DNA of 60,000 nucleotides from Mobula hypostoma (Eukaryota): the NCBI RefSeq assembly GCF_963921235.1, contig NC_086108.1, forward strand, positions 62,126,001-62,186,000, read 5' to 3'. Under the pieces are notes generated by a model that searched no databases, was not told the origin of the DNA, and saw only the letters and a program-made list of their open reading frames with translations. Below are positions 38,598 to 51,129 of the stretch, in pieces. Position numbers and translations under genes: made by a program. The first letter of the stretch is position 1, and the number at the start of each line of letters is the position of its first letter.

Positions 38598-39177
38598 AAA
38601 TGGCTTTAGAACTAAATGGCATCTGGTCAAAAGTAGGCTCGCAGTCAGAGAAAAAACCGGAGTAGTCTACCATTACCTCTGCTGAAGCCAAGATGCTGCA
38701 TCATGAAGCAGTAATCAGAAAAGTAAGAATATGCAGTTGTTCATATGGATATAAACCTACATGCTTTGCATGGTGGATTTGGTTTCCATTGTTTTGACTC
38801 ATTTGAATATTATTTGTTCCTATTACTTTCTTCTTGCTGGGTTTTGGTTAGTCCACAGTAACTTGCTTCTCGCATGTGCTGAAAGTCAAGGCATGAATTG
38901 GCACCTAACATTAAGGAGCTGTGAAAGCAATGTTGCTTACTTGACTGGTTTGTATTGGGGAGCTAACTGGGGACAGTGAGGCTGTCAGGTAAAATGGATG
39001 GATGGAGCCCAAAGAAACTCTGCAATAATTAGCACATCATAGGCAGGAATGAGCATTATTCATGCTGCACTGGTCACATCACATTCCTCCTTGGAACCAC
39101 AAGTGCCCTTTATCTTTTGCAACACTCACAACACGCTGGAGGAACTCTGCAGGTCAGGCAGCATCCGTGGAAACGAT

Positions 39178-39215
39178 CGGTCGACATTTCGGGCCGGAAC
39201 CCTTCGTCAGGACTG
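39178..39215 (-). ncRNA. Minimal hammerhead ribozyme of a second PLE family (GAAATGTC variant)
   Basis: Reverse complement reads cagtcCTGACGAaGGGT(tccg)GCCCGAAAtgtcgaccg; stem II is kept despite a different sequence. Confidence 0.75.
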
Positions 39216-39334
39216 TAGGGGGAAGGGGCAGAGGCCCTATAAAGAAGGTGGGGGGAGGGTGGGAAGGAGAAGGCTGGTAGGTTCCAAGTGAAAAACCAGT
39301 AAGGGGAAAGATAAAGGGGTGGGGGAGGGGAGGC

Positions 39335-39503
39335 AGGGAGGTGATAGGCAGGAAAGGTGAAGACAGAATAGGGGAAAACACAATGGGTAGTAGAAGGAGG
39401 TGGAACCATGAGGGAGGTGATAGGCAGGAAAGGTGAAGAAGGAAAAAAGGAAAACACAATGGGTAGTAGAAGGAGGCGGAAGCATGAGGGAGGTGATAGG
39501 CAG
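39335..39503. repeat. ~76-bp tandem duplication (about 2.2 copies) in the PLE 3' UTR
   Basis: agggaggtgataggcaggaaaggtgaag...aaaacacaatgggtagtagaaggagg...catg is repeated. Confidence 0.85.
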
Positions 39504-41891
39504 CTGGGGGAGGGGGCAGAGTGACATAGGGATAGGGGAAGGGAGGGGGAGGGAATTACCGGAAGTTGGAGAATTCTATGTTCATACCAAGGGGCTGGAG
39601 ACTACCTAGACAGTATATGAGGTGTTGCTCCTCCAACCTGAGTTTAGCCTCATCATGGCAGTAGAGGAGGCCATGTATGGACATATCTGAATGGGAGTGG
39701 GAAGCAGAGTTGAAGTGGGTGGCTACTGGGAGATCCTGTCTGTTTTGGCAGATGGAGCAGAGGTGCTCGACGAAGCGGTCCCCAATCTGCGTCGGGTTTC
39801 ACCGATGTAGAGGAGGCCGCACCGGGAACACCGGATGCAATAGATGACCCCAACAGACTCACAAATGAAGTGTTGCCTCACTTGGAAGGACTGTTTGGGG
39901 CCCTGAATGGTGGCAAGAGAGGAGGTGTAGGGACAGGAGAAGCACTTGTGCTTACAGGGATAAGTGCTCTTTATCTTTTTCTATGTAGAATGCACTGCCT
40001 AAGGTGGTAATGAAGGGCAGTACTCTTTCAACATTTAAAAAGCATCTGGACAAACACTTGAAGCACAAAGTCATTGTGGACTATTAAACAAGAGTTTGTA
40101 AATGGGATTAGTCTCGTCAACGTGGATATGCTGGGTCTGTTGCTACATTGTATGACATTTTAATGCAACAAGATCACTTCAGCTCTGAGCCCACTCATTT
40201 AGGCATCTCAATGTCAAAGGGTATTTGCTTATTGGTCCAAACCATTGGATCTCTTATGGATACAACAGCAATGTTTACAACGTGTTTTCTTGTTTCTGCA
40301 TAGACAGTTTTGAGGTACAAAAAGATCAGCGAAGACAGAATGTTACAAGATAAAACATTTTGTTAGCTGCCTTAGAATCTTTCGCACACAACATGAATCT
40401 CTTTGTGTAGTTATACCTCAGCTGCATGTTGATGAAATGCAAATAATGCCATTTGAAGAATATTCCAGGTGATTTATGCCTCAACTGTCATTGGCATAAG
40501 ACCTTAAGACCATAAGATATAGGAGCAGAATCAGGGCATTTGACCCATCGAGTCTGATCTGCCACTTCATCATTTTTCCTCTCAGCCCCAATCTCCTGCC
40601 TTCTGCCCATATTCCTTCATGCCCTGACCAATAAAGAATCTATCAACCTCTGCCTTAAATATATATAAAGACTTGGCCTCCAAAGCTGCCCGTGGCAATG
40701 AATGCCACAGATTCACCACTCTCTGGCCAAAGAAATTCCTCCTCAACTCTGTTCTAAAAGAATGACCCTCTATTCTGAGGCTATGTCTTCTGGTCTTAGA
40801 CACTCCCACCATCTGAAACAGCCTACCCACATCCACCCTATCAAGGCTTTTCACCATTTGATAGGTTTCAATTAGGCGACAACTCATTCTTCTGAATTCC
40901 AGTGAATAGAGACCCAGAGCCATCAAATGCTCTTCTATGACAAGCCGTTTAATCCTGGAATTGTTTTTGTTAACCTCCTTTGAGCCCTCTCCAGTTTCAG
41001 CACATCCTTTTTAAGATAAGGAGCACAAAACTGCTCACAGTACTCCATGTGAGGCCTCACCAGTGCTTTATAAAGTCTCACCATTACATCCTTGTTTTTT
41101 ATTCCAGTCCTCTTGATATGAATGTTTACATCACACTTGCCTTCCTCACCACAGACTCAACCTGCAAATTAACCCTTCAGGAGTCCTGCTCAAGGACTTC
41201 CAAATCCTTTTGTGCCTCAGATTTTTGTATTTTCTCTCCACTTAGAAAACAGTCAGCCCTTTCACTTTTTCTAACAAAGTGCATGACCATACACTCCCTG
41301 ACACTGTGTTCCATCTGCCATTTCTTTGCCCATTCTCCTAATCTGCTAAGTCCTTCTGTAGCCTCTCTATTTTCTAAAAACTACTGGCCCCTCCATCTAA
41401 CCACATCATCTGCAAAATTTACAATAAAGCTGTCAATTCCATTATCCAAATCATTGACATAAAACGTAAAAAGAATCGGTCCAGACACAGACCCCTGTGG
41501 AGCGCCACTAGTCACCGGCAGCCAACCAGAAGAGGCTCGCTTTATTCCCACACTTCGCCTTCTGCCAATTAGCTACTGCTTTATCCATGCTAGAATCTTT
41601 CCGGTAACACCATGGGGTCTTAACTTGTTAAGCAGCCTCATGTGTGGCACATTGTCAAAGGCCTTCTGAAAATTCAAACACATAGCATCAACTGATTCTC
41701 CTTTGTCTATCCAGCCTGTTATTTCTTCAAAAAACTCCAAAAGATTTTTCAGACAAGATTTTCACTTGAGGAAGCCATGCTGACTACGGCCTATTTTATC
41801 ATGTGCCTCCAAGTACTCTGAAACCACATACTTAACAATCGACTCCAACACCTTCACAGCAACCGAGATCAGACAAACTGGCTGTAATTTC

Positions 41892-42280
41892 AAACAACAG
41901 GAATTCTGCAGATGCTGGAAATTCAAGCAACATACATCAAAGTTGCTGGTGAACGCAGCAGGCCAAGCAGCATCTGTAGGAAGAGGTGCAGTCGATGTTT
42001 CAGGCCGAGACCCTTCGTCAGGACTAACTGAAGGAAGAGTGAGTAAGGGATTTGAAAGTTGGAGGGGGAGGGGGAGATCCAAAATGATAGGAGAAGACAG
42101 GAAGGGGAGGGATAGAGCCGAGAGCTAGACAGGTGATAGGCAAAAGGAGATACGAGAGGATCATGGGACAGGAGGTCCAGGAAGAAAGACAAGGGCGGGG
42201 GGGGGGGGTGACCCAGAGGATGGGCAAGAGGTAAATTCAGAGGGACAAAGGGAGAAAAAGGAGAGTGAGAGAAAGAATGT
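41892..42280 (-). mobile_element. Solo PLE 3' tail with hammerhead, nested in a CR1
   Basis: Near-identical to ~930-1310; TSD gct(g/a)taatttc at 41881-41891 and 42281-42291. Confidence 0.92.
41989..42030 (-). ncRNA. Minimal hammerhead ribozyme (GAAACATC variant)
   Basis: Reverse complement reads cagttagtcCTGACGAagggtctcggcctGAAAcatcgactg. Confidence 0.75.
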
Positions 42281-44640
42281 GCTATAATTTCCTTTTTCTG
42301 CCTCACTCACTTCTTGAAGAGTGGAGTGACATTTGCAATTTTCCAGTTCTCTGGAACCATTCCAGAATCTAGTGATTCTTCGAAGATCAGTGCTAATGCC
42401 TCCATTATATCTTCAGCCACCTCTTTCAGAACCCTGAAGTATGCACTATCTGGTCCAGGTAACTTATCAACCTTTAGACCTTCCAGTTTCCCAAGAACCT
42501 TCTCTCTAGTAATGGTAACTTCATGACCCATGACAGCTGGAACTTCCACCATACTGCTATTGTCTTCCACAGTGAAGACTAATACAAAATACTTATTCAG
42601 TTTATCAGGCATTTCTTTGTCCCCCATTACTACCTCTCCAACATAGTTTTCCAGCAGTCTAATATCCACTCTTACCTCTCCTTTACACTTAATGTATCTG
42701 AAAAACTTCTGGTATCCTCTTTGATATTATTGCCCAGCTTACTTTCATATTCCATCTTTACCTTCTCAATGAGTTTTAGTTGCCTTCTGTTGGTATTTAA
42801 AAGCTTCCCAATCTTCTAACTTCCCACTAATATTTGCTCTATTATATGCCCTCTCTTTGGCTTTGACGTCCCTTGGTAACCACAGTTATGTCATCTTTCC
42901 TTTAGAATACTTCTTCCTCTTTGGGATTTCTATATCACGTGTCTTCTGAATTGCTTCTAGAAATTCCAGTCATTGCTGCTCTACTGTCATCCCTGCCAGC
43001 ATTCTTTTCCAATCAATTCTGGCCAACTCCCTTCTCATGCCTTCGTAATTTCCTTTATTCCACTGTAATACAACATGATCAATTGCCCCAAGGGTTCTTT
43101 TACCTTAAGCTCGTTAATCAATTCCAGTCCATTGCACAACACCCAATCCAGAATAGTTGAACCCATAGTAGGCTCGACCACAAGCTGCTGTAAAAAGTCA
43201 TCTCGTAGGCATTCCAGAAAATCCCCCTCTTGGAATCCAGCACCAACCTGATTTTCCCAATCTATCTGCATATTGAAATCCCCCATGACTATTGTAACAT
43301 TACCCAATTGGCATGCATTTTCTTCCTCCCACTGTAACTTGTAGACTACATGCTTACTACTGTTTAGCATTCTGTATATAACTCCCTTCAGAGTTTTTTT
43401 TACCCTTGCAGTTCCTTAGCTCTATTCACAATGATTCAACAGCTTCTGACCCCATGTCACCTCTTTTTAATGACTTAATTTCATTTTTACCAACAGAGCC
43501 ACGCCACACTATCAGCCTTTCTGCCTATCTTTTTGATACAATGTGTATCCTTGGACATTAAGCTCCCATCTAGAATCTTCTTTCAGCCATGGTTCAGTGA
43601 TGCCTACAACATCATACATGCCAGTCTGTAGCTAGTTATATCCTCACATCCTTACTTGGAAAGATCCTGAAGGATGCTAAAGCCAGTGGTAACTTTGACA
43701 GTAATGGTAGAGAATGGCCTTAAAATCTAATTGGGAACAAGTCCTATTCCAATGGCTGGAAATTTTACCATGATCTTGAGAATCCTGAGACTATGAGTTG
43801 GGACACATCAAGGACACCTCTTTGACGATTCCTTCCTCTTGTGGTATCAGAGGTCTGTAATTTCTGCTCCTGCTGCTGTTCACCATGATTCTCAACCAAA
43901 ATATGCCATTAAGACTCCAATTAAAGCTCCAAAGTACAAGACGTGTGGTAATTTCAAATTCCTGAACTCCAAAGGTGAACCAAAAGTTAGTCCTCCCTCC
44001 AGTTCTGAAATGATTTCTCACAGGGTTTTTTTACCTCCTCAAATTAATGCCCACTGCATTAGGAAAATAGATCATTAATTCTTTATGTGAAACATAGGAC
44101 AAACTCACCTCATTCACTTTTGAGTTGCATAAGGTCCAAAAAACTCGCATATTAATTTAGATAAATACTGCTGAGTAATTAACCTATGGAAATTTCCAGA
44201 GGGAGGGATGATGTATTTGCTTGTACATTATCTGATACACTTGCGATTGGAGGAAGTTGGCAGGTTGGAGATGTTTCCCAGCATGCTGTCAATTTCAATA
44301 CACATAATCCTCACTTGTTTCCAAGCACACTTATTCACATACATTTAAAAAAAATACTACATTTATGAAAATAAACTGTGAATGGCTTAAAATCCAATAG
44401 AATTAAGAAAACAATACAAATTCATAAAAGGAATGGAGAACCAAGACAACTGGGAAAAATAACACTTCTGAAATTGTCTCAAATGTTGATATCATAAAAA
44501 AGAATAAGGGAACTATTTTTCTGAGGAAATTCTCTGCTCGTTAATTCCCCTTGAACAAGTAAATATATCACTAAATATATATCAAAATTAAGCATTTTCA
44601 AAAATCTTTATCTCTTATATTAAACAAAGGACAAGCTTAC

Positions 44641-44771
44641 CACAGCCAAAATTTATCGCTCCAATGAGTTCCAAATATGTATGTATCCGTCCAATGCAAT
44701 TGACGTCTCCACAATTTTTCAGGCCTGGACGCACTGATGTTTTATTCAAATATTTAGGTTTACATTTGTCC
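44641..44771 (-). CDS. MYSM1: MYSM1 exon, SWIRM domain
   Basis: ttcag|...|gtaag, 131 nt, phase 2/1; [43 protein letters not shown]. Confidence 0.95.
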
Positions 44772-45234
44772 CTGAAAGAAGAAAACACATTATCCATCTA
44801 AACATTCTGACTGTAGCACAGTACTCCAAATTGCACTTGTCTCCTGCCAAGCTATTTCAATGTAGCTATAGCATGACTGAAGTACTTTTCAAAATGCTTC
44901 AGAAATACAGCATATGAGTAAATGTTTGCACCAGATTATCTGCAGGTGCATGACTCAAGAAATCCCAACTGAGACAAAAATAAGAGATGGTTTAAATGAA
45001 AATTCTCCCAAGTGCTCACCGCTTGACAGAGTAAAATTCACTAATCAATATTTCACTGGTATACTTATGGAAGTCTCAAGAAATACTGTTCTTTGTATTT
45101 TCTTACTTTCAGACTTCAAATTGATAGATGCATAAAAGTATTTTGACCAAAAATGTTCACTTTTCAATTCAAACAGTCAATTTATGCATACTTGTTTCAA
45201 ATAAATTTTAAAAGTACTTCTGATCAAGCAATGA

Positions 45235-45530
45235 GGAGGTATAATTTTAAAGTTTTAAGAGGAAAGTATAGGGGAGACGTCAGAGATAGATTTTTGTTTA
45301 TACACGGGAAGTGATAGGTGCATTCATTGGGCACACTGCCAGAGGCGGTGGTAGAGGCAGATACATTAGGGACATTTAAGAGATTCTTAGATAGGCACAT
45401 GGATGAAAGAAAAATGGAGGGCTACGTGGGAGGGAAGGGTTAGACTGACCTTGGTTTAAACGCCAGCACAATATTATGAGCCAAAGGGCCTTTATTCTGC
45501 TGTACTCTTCTACAGTATGTTCTATGTTCC
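45235..45530 (+). mobile_element. CR1 3' end fragment
   Basis: cactgccagaggcggtggtagaggcag...ttagataggcacatggat...tatgttctatgttc tail. Confidence 0.8.
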
Positions 45531-45709
45531 ATAAAGTTATATTAAACCAAATTCAGAACGTTACAGCTTATTCAGAGTGAAATAGAAAACAGCTATATTT
45601 TTGTCTGTGCAGCCTTCAAATAAGTAACAAAGTAATAATCCTAAAATAGTACTACTCTACATATTATCAACATTTTTAAAAATAGGTTTAAAACACAATT
45701 TTCTCTTAC

Positions 45710-46545
45710 CACTGATCCAAGATGTAGTTGCGTATTTTTAGAAAACGTTCTGGTGTTTTCGATGATCGTCCTTCAAAAAACTCAGGAATAGCTTGTTTCT
45801 CATCTTCTGTGATCATACTTCTGTCTAGTACAACTTCTTGTACAGGGAGTTTTAATATCTCTCCTTCACTATCACAGTTCTCTTCATCTACTTCCATTTC
45901 ACAAACTGAATCTACCACACTATATGCAGAGTTATCATTTTGAGATTCCTCCTTTTCTTCTAAATGATTAAATCCTAGAAATTCTGGTACTTGCTTTGCT
46001 AATTTTTCACTCATTGTATCAGGAGCAGGTTCACAATTTGTGTAGCCCACAGAGTCTTCCTTTGCTCCTCTTATTGGTGTTTCATTTTCTTTACTCTCAT
46101 CAATCATGGACTTTATGCTGTCAGTATTGCTACCATTTGTCTTACTATTGTTGGATATTTCCTGTGTGTCTGATATCTGATAACATTTTTGCAAGGTCAT
46201 AGCAGGAGTGGAAGAAATAAGCAGGGATTCATCTAGTTCAAAAACACTGTCACCATGGCTATTCGCCTTGGGTTCATCTGTCTTTGAATCAAATTGAGCT
46301 TTTACTTCTTTCTGCTCATGAAGTCCATCACAGTCACTATCTGTTTCATCCAAGACATCCACATCTTCATCATCAGACAAATGCTCAATCTTAACAGTGT
46401 TGACAGTGAGAAAAGCTTGACCTTGTGATGCTGTACTGCTGTAAGGCTCTAGTCCTATCTTCAAATGCCCAGCTCCATTTTCAGAAGTAACTGTTGCTTT
46501 AGGAGTCCAGATACTTGGCTCTGTCACAGGGCTTTCATTTTTTGC
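45710..46545 (-). CDS. MYSM1: MYSM1 large exon: acidic linker and start of SWIRM domain
   Basis: tgtag|GCA...CAGTG|gtaag, 836 nt; overlaps ORF 45706..46527 and ends EDEKQAIPEFFEGRSSKTPERFLKIRNYILDQW. Confidence 0.95.
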
Positions 46546-47999
46546 CTACAAAATTTAAAACAAATTTCACATGAAAGACCAAGTTCCAATCATTTTTCCA
46601 GTGCTCCTCACTAACGTCTATCCTCAACAATTTGCACATAATGAAATTCAAGTGCAAATTCAAATTAACAATGTTTTGTAAAGTCAGTTAAAATTGATAT
46701 AATGATTAGTTTATTTAGAATTAAATCAATTCTAATTTTGTACTGAATAGTTACATCACACCTTTTTGAAAATATATATGGAATTTTTCGAAGAACTATT
46801 GTAAGTTAAAGAATTTTGATCACCAGTGCTTCATCTGTAAAAATATTTAGAAAAATTCAGAGAAGCGAGTTTGAACACTGAGAATAAGAAAAAGTCTTGT
46901 AGCATATTGCCCATTGCTTACACCATGACAGCACTATCCTGAAAATACAGGTCCCAAAAATGCATTTGTTCTTTGTATGCTCAATGATATTCTTGAAATC
47001 TGGTGACTTTGCTTCCTTGTACATCTCTGGGTCACCTCTATTGTTGGCATATTATTTCATTTCAATATAGTAGCCTCCCACTATGACACATTTGCAATCA
47101 AGAGATCAAAATATTGTGGATTATAGCAATAATCAATGTCTCACAGAGCAATTACCAACAATTCTGGAAAGGAGATTAGCAGATCCCTAAATTAAGGGGT
47201 TGCACTGAATTGATGGGGATGACAGGCTATGAATGGGGCTGGTAGAAGGTGATATCCAATGGTAGGAAGCAGATAGTTTGTTGGGCTAGTTGGAAGTGTT
47301 CTTATTACTTTGGGCACTGCTTTGAAGAGACATCCTTTTTCACTCAAACTTGTGAAGTTGAGTTTAATGCATAAGTATTGCGAGGTACAGGTACAATCAA
47401 ATACTTGCTTCCAACAGCATCACAATCATATAGTTCAGACAGCACAGAACTTAAATTGTATGTATATTCTGCTTTTCTGTTTCTTGAAAAGGAAACCCAG
47501 CTGACTAGGCTTAAACCTGAACAACACATGGCATATTAGACATCCAGCCTGATAATAATATTTAAAAGTCACCAGCTAGGGCAGCTTGGTTGCCTTGCCT
47601 CTATTACACTTAAGGGTGCACTTCAACAATTAAGGTGGTCAAAGAGCTGCTCTGTGAATCACAGGTTCAATCCCAATGACATAGCAGCACAATTGATGCT
47701 ATCCTGAATGTGCAACAACTTTTAAGGATATCTAGGAAGCTGTGCCAGCCACGATAAAAGGCCTTTTCTGATCTCTATCAATTGTGGAGGCTCCTTTGTA
47801 AACCTGGCTATTCTCATATATTTGCCTCCATTTTATATGTGTTACTAAGTATGCAGATCCATATCTGATCCAGAACCGGTGCAGACTCATCAATGCCCCA
47901 ACACAGCTTCTCAACCCTTCTCACCATGATACTGCACCTCACCCTGAAAAAGCTTCCAGTGGTGTTGCCCTCATCTTAAAGACCCATGGAAAACTGTCA

Positions 48000-49420
48000 G
48001 CGTGCCAAATGCCTTATTCACCACCTTGTCTATCTGAGATGCTACTTTATGGAACTATACACTTACACTTCTGGGACTCTCTGTTGTATAACATGACCCA
48101 GGGCACCATCATTCACTGTATATGCCCTACCCTGGTTTGATCTCCCAAAATGCAATACCTCACATTGATCTGTATGGAAATCCCTGGTAATTTTTCATTA
48201 CCTTCTACCCTGTCTACAAAACTATTATCACCAACAAATGTACTAACTATATCTTGTACATTTACATTGAAATTGTTTATATAAATCAATGGTCCCCAAC
48301 CACCGGGCCGTGGACCAGTACCAGGCTCAAAGCATGTGCTACCGGGCTGCGAGGAAATGATTTGGCGACCCACCACGTTCAAGTGTAACTCATTGTTTTT
48401 GTACAGGGTATATCTTCCCCAGAAGAGAGCCAAATGATCCAGAAATTTTAAACCTTGCCCCCTGCATTAATTCTTCAGCCATGCCTTCAAGTGTCAAATC
48501 ATCCTATTCTTATCCTTTCTGTCACATGGCACAGGGGGCAATCCAGAGATTACTACCCTGGAGGTACTGCTTCTCAGATTTCTGATTAACTCCCTATATT
48601 CTTCTTCAGGGCCTCCTCCTTCTTCCTTCCTATGTCATTGATACCAATATATACTGCAACTTCTGGCTGTTTATCCTCCCCCTTTAGAATGCAGTGGACC
48701 TGATCCAAGACATCCCCTACCCGGGCACCTGGAAGACAACATACCATGCAGGAGTCTCTTTCATGTCCTCAGAATCTTCATTCTGCTCCTCTCCAATTAT
48801 CCAAACCCCTATCACTACTGAACTCTTCTTCCCCCTTCCTTTTTGAGCCACAGAGCCACACTCAGTGCCAGACATGCTGTAGCTTTCTCCTGGTAGATCA
48901 CCCTCCCCGAAAGTATCCAAAGTGGTATACTTATTATTGAGGAGTACTCTGCACTGGCAGTCTATTCACTTTCCCTCTCCTGACAGTCCCCCAGGTACCT
49001 GCCTAGTCATTTAGGGATGACTACCTCCCTGTATCTGTTATCTATCACCTCATCATTTTCCCATATGAGCTGAAGGTCATCCAGCTGCAGCTTCTGTTTC
49101 TTAAGGACCTGCAGCTCAGTGCACTTCATGCAGACGTAGTTAACAGAGAGACTGGAGATCTCCCAGAGTTCCCACATCTCACACAAAGAACATACCACTA
49201 CCTTTGGACCCATTCTGAGTATACTAGCTATGTACTAACAGAAATAAAAGACTTACTTAGAACCACCATCTGTGCTTCTCCAAGCCTGTTGAGCCAAAGC
49301 CTGACCACTCTAACACAGCACCACTCAGAGAATGGCCCCTCCGCATAGACCTCCCTTCCTTTTATTGGCCCATGCTGATTTCAGCCCGCCAAAAGGAGAC
49401 AAAAGCACGCGAGCTCTTTT
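48000..49420 (-). mobile_element. Internally deleted, decayed CR1 (ORF1 plus an RT remnant)
   Basis: ORF 49007..49213 VVCSLCEMWE...CMKC...LDDL matches the ORF1 at 15036; also an esterase remnant NELHLN. Confidence 0.8.
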
Positions 49421-49559
49421 TAAACAACACGTTGCGTCTCCAACAGTTGTGATCTCACACTGATTTCAGCCCACTGAAAGGCAATCAACTGGGATGATTA
49501 TTTCCATGATCAACCCAGTTTTACCCTCTCAAAGGCAGCACCGCACCTTCACCTCGGCA

Positions 49560-50720
49560 CCACTCCATGAGCCCCCCAGACCCTGAATCTTTCTTTTGAA
49601 CCCTTGTTAGAACAGCTGGACAGTACAGACACAAAGTTAGACTATTGTTTATTGATATCAGCTCTGCCCTCAATACTATAATTCCAAGTAAACTCATTAC
49701 CAAACTCTGGACCCTAGGAATCAACACGTTCTTCTGCAAATGAATCTTCGACTTCCTTACCAACAGACCACAATCTGTAAAGATAGGCTGCGCACGCGTC
49801 ACAATTATTCTCAACATTAGTGATCCACAAAATTCCATCCCTAGCTCCTTATTCTACTCCCTGTACCCACTCGATTGTGTTGCCAGATTCTGCTTTAACT
49901 CCATCTACAAATTTGCTGATGATACCACCGCAGTGGGCTATATCTCCTCAATGAGTCAGAGTACAGAAAGGAGAGGGAGTGCCTAGCACCATGACAAAAC
50001 CTTTCTTTCAATGTTAGCAAAACAAACGAGCTCGCCATTGGCTTCAGGAAGCGAGATGGTGCACACATTCCCAAATGCATCAATGCTGTTAAGGTTGAGA
50101 GCTTCGAGGTCTGAGGAGAGAACATTACCATTAGCTTGTTGTGGTCCAACCGCGTAGACACCACGGCCAAGAAAACTCACCACTGCCCGCCCCTACTTCC
50201 TCAGGCGGCTAAAGAAATGTGGCATGTCCACATCAACCCAAAACCAATTTTTATCGATACACGTGGATGCATATCACTTGGTATGACAATTGCTTATCAC
50301 ATGACCACAAGGAACTGCAAAGAGCTGTGAACACAGCTCAGCACCTCTCGGAAACCAGTCTCCCCTTGTCTATACCTCTCGGTGCCATAGTACAGCAACC
50401 AATATCGTCAAAGACCCCACCCACCCCAGACATTCTCTCTTCCCTCCTCTTTCGTTGAGCAGCAGTTACAAAAGCCAGAAAGCATGTACCACCAGGCTCA
50501 AGGACAGCTTCTATCCTGCTGTGATAAGACTACTGAACAGATCTCATTCACGTACAATAAGATGGAATCTCGACCTCACCTGCTTATCTCATTATGACCT
50601 TGTGGCTAATTGTTCACATACACTGCACTTTTTCTATAGCTGTTACACTTTATTCTGCATTATTTTATTGTTTTACCCTGTTCTGCCACAATGCCCTATG
50701 TAATAATTTGATCTTCAGGA
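49560..50720 (+). mobile_element. Rex1/Babar-type LINE RT fragment, decayed
   Basis: Codes remnants of VRLLFIDxSSAxNTIIP, IYKFADDT and RLKDSFYPAVIRLLN. Confidence 0.8.
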
Positions 50721-51129
50721 ACAGCATGCAAGAACAAGCTTTTAACTTACTTAGGATGGTGTTGATAAGTGGCGATGCTTTGTGTTCAGCACCAATAGGA
50801 ATCATCAAATATAACCATTTTGTACTACAGGAGCTGAAATCTACAGTCACAGCCATGGGTCCTTCAGTAAGCAACATCATTTAAGATGTTTAAAAAAATC
50901 TATCGATACTCAACATTGACGGACCCTAGATGGCACACTTGTCTCATGAGTGCAATTCCCCTTTAAGAAAATGGAAGTGGGGAAGGCACACAGGTGTAAG
51001 ATAAGATTGATATATAGTACCTGTATGTCAAATGACTTAAATGCAGAGGCTTTGGACCACTACTCCTGAATATCCTGCTGATGAATGTACAGTCACTGGA
51101 AAATAAAACTGAAGACCTCAGAGCAAGAT

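Larger units (their letters stand above)
39119..39961 (-). mobile_element. 5'-truncated PLE, second family (GIY-YIG, 3' UTR, hammerhead)
   Basis: Minus strand reads GVIYCIRCSRCGLLYIGETRRRLG; TSD aagtgc(c/t)ctttatctttt at 39101-39118 and 39962-39979. Confidence 0.9.
40495..43630 (-). mobile_element. 5'-truncated, decayed CR1 (APE + RT), interrupted by a PLE tail
   Basis: cataagaccttaagaccataag tail; ORF fragments MGDFN, PENWKIANVTPLFKK, SQHGFLK and QRVVNLW. Confidence 0.92.

Noticed and set aside
40980..41462. 160-aa plus-strand ORF and similar antisense ORFs over CR1 copies
   Set aside because: These are antisense shadows of CR1 RT coding sequence
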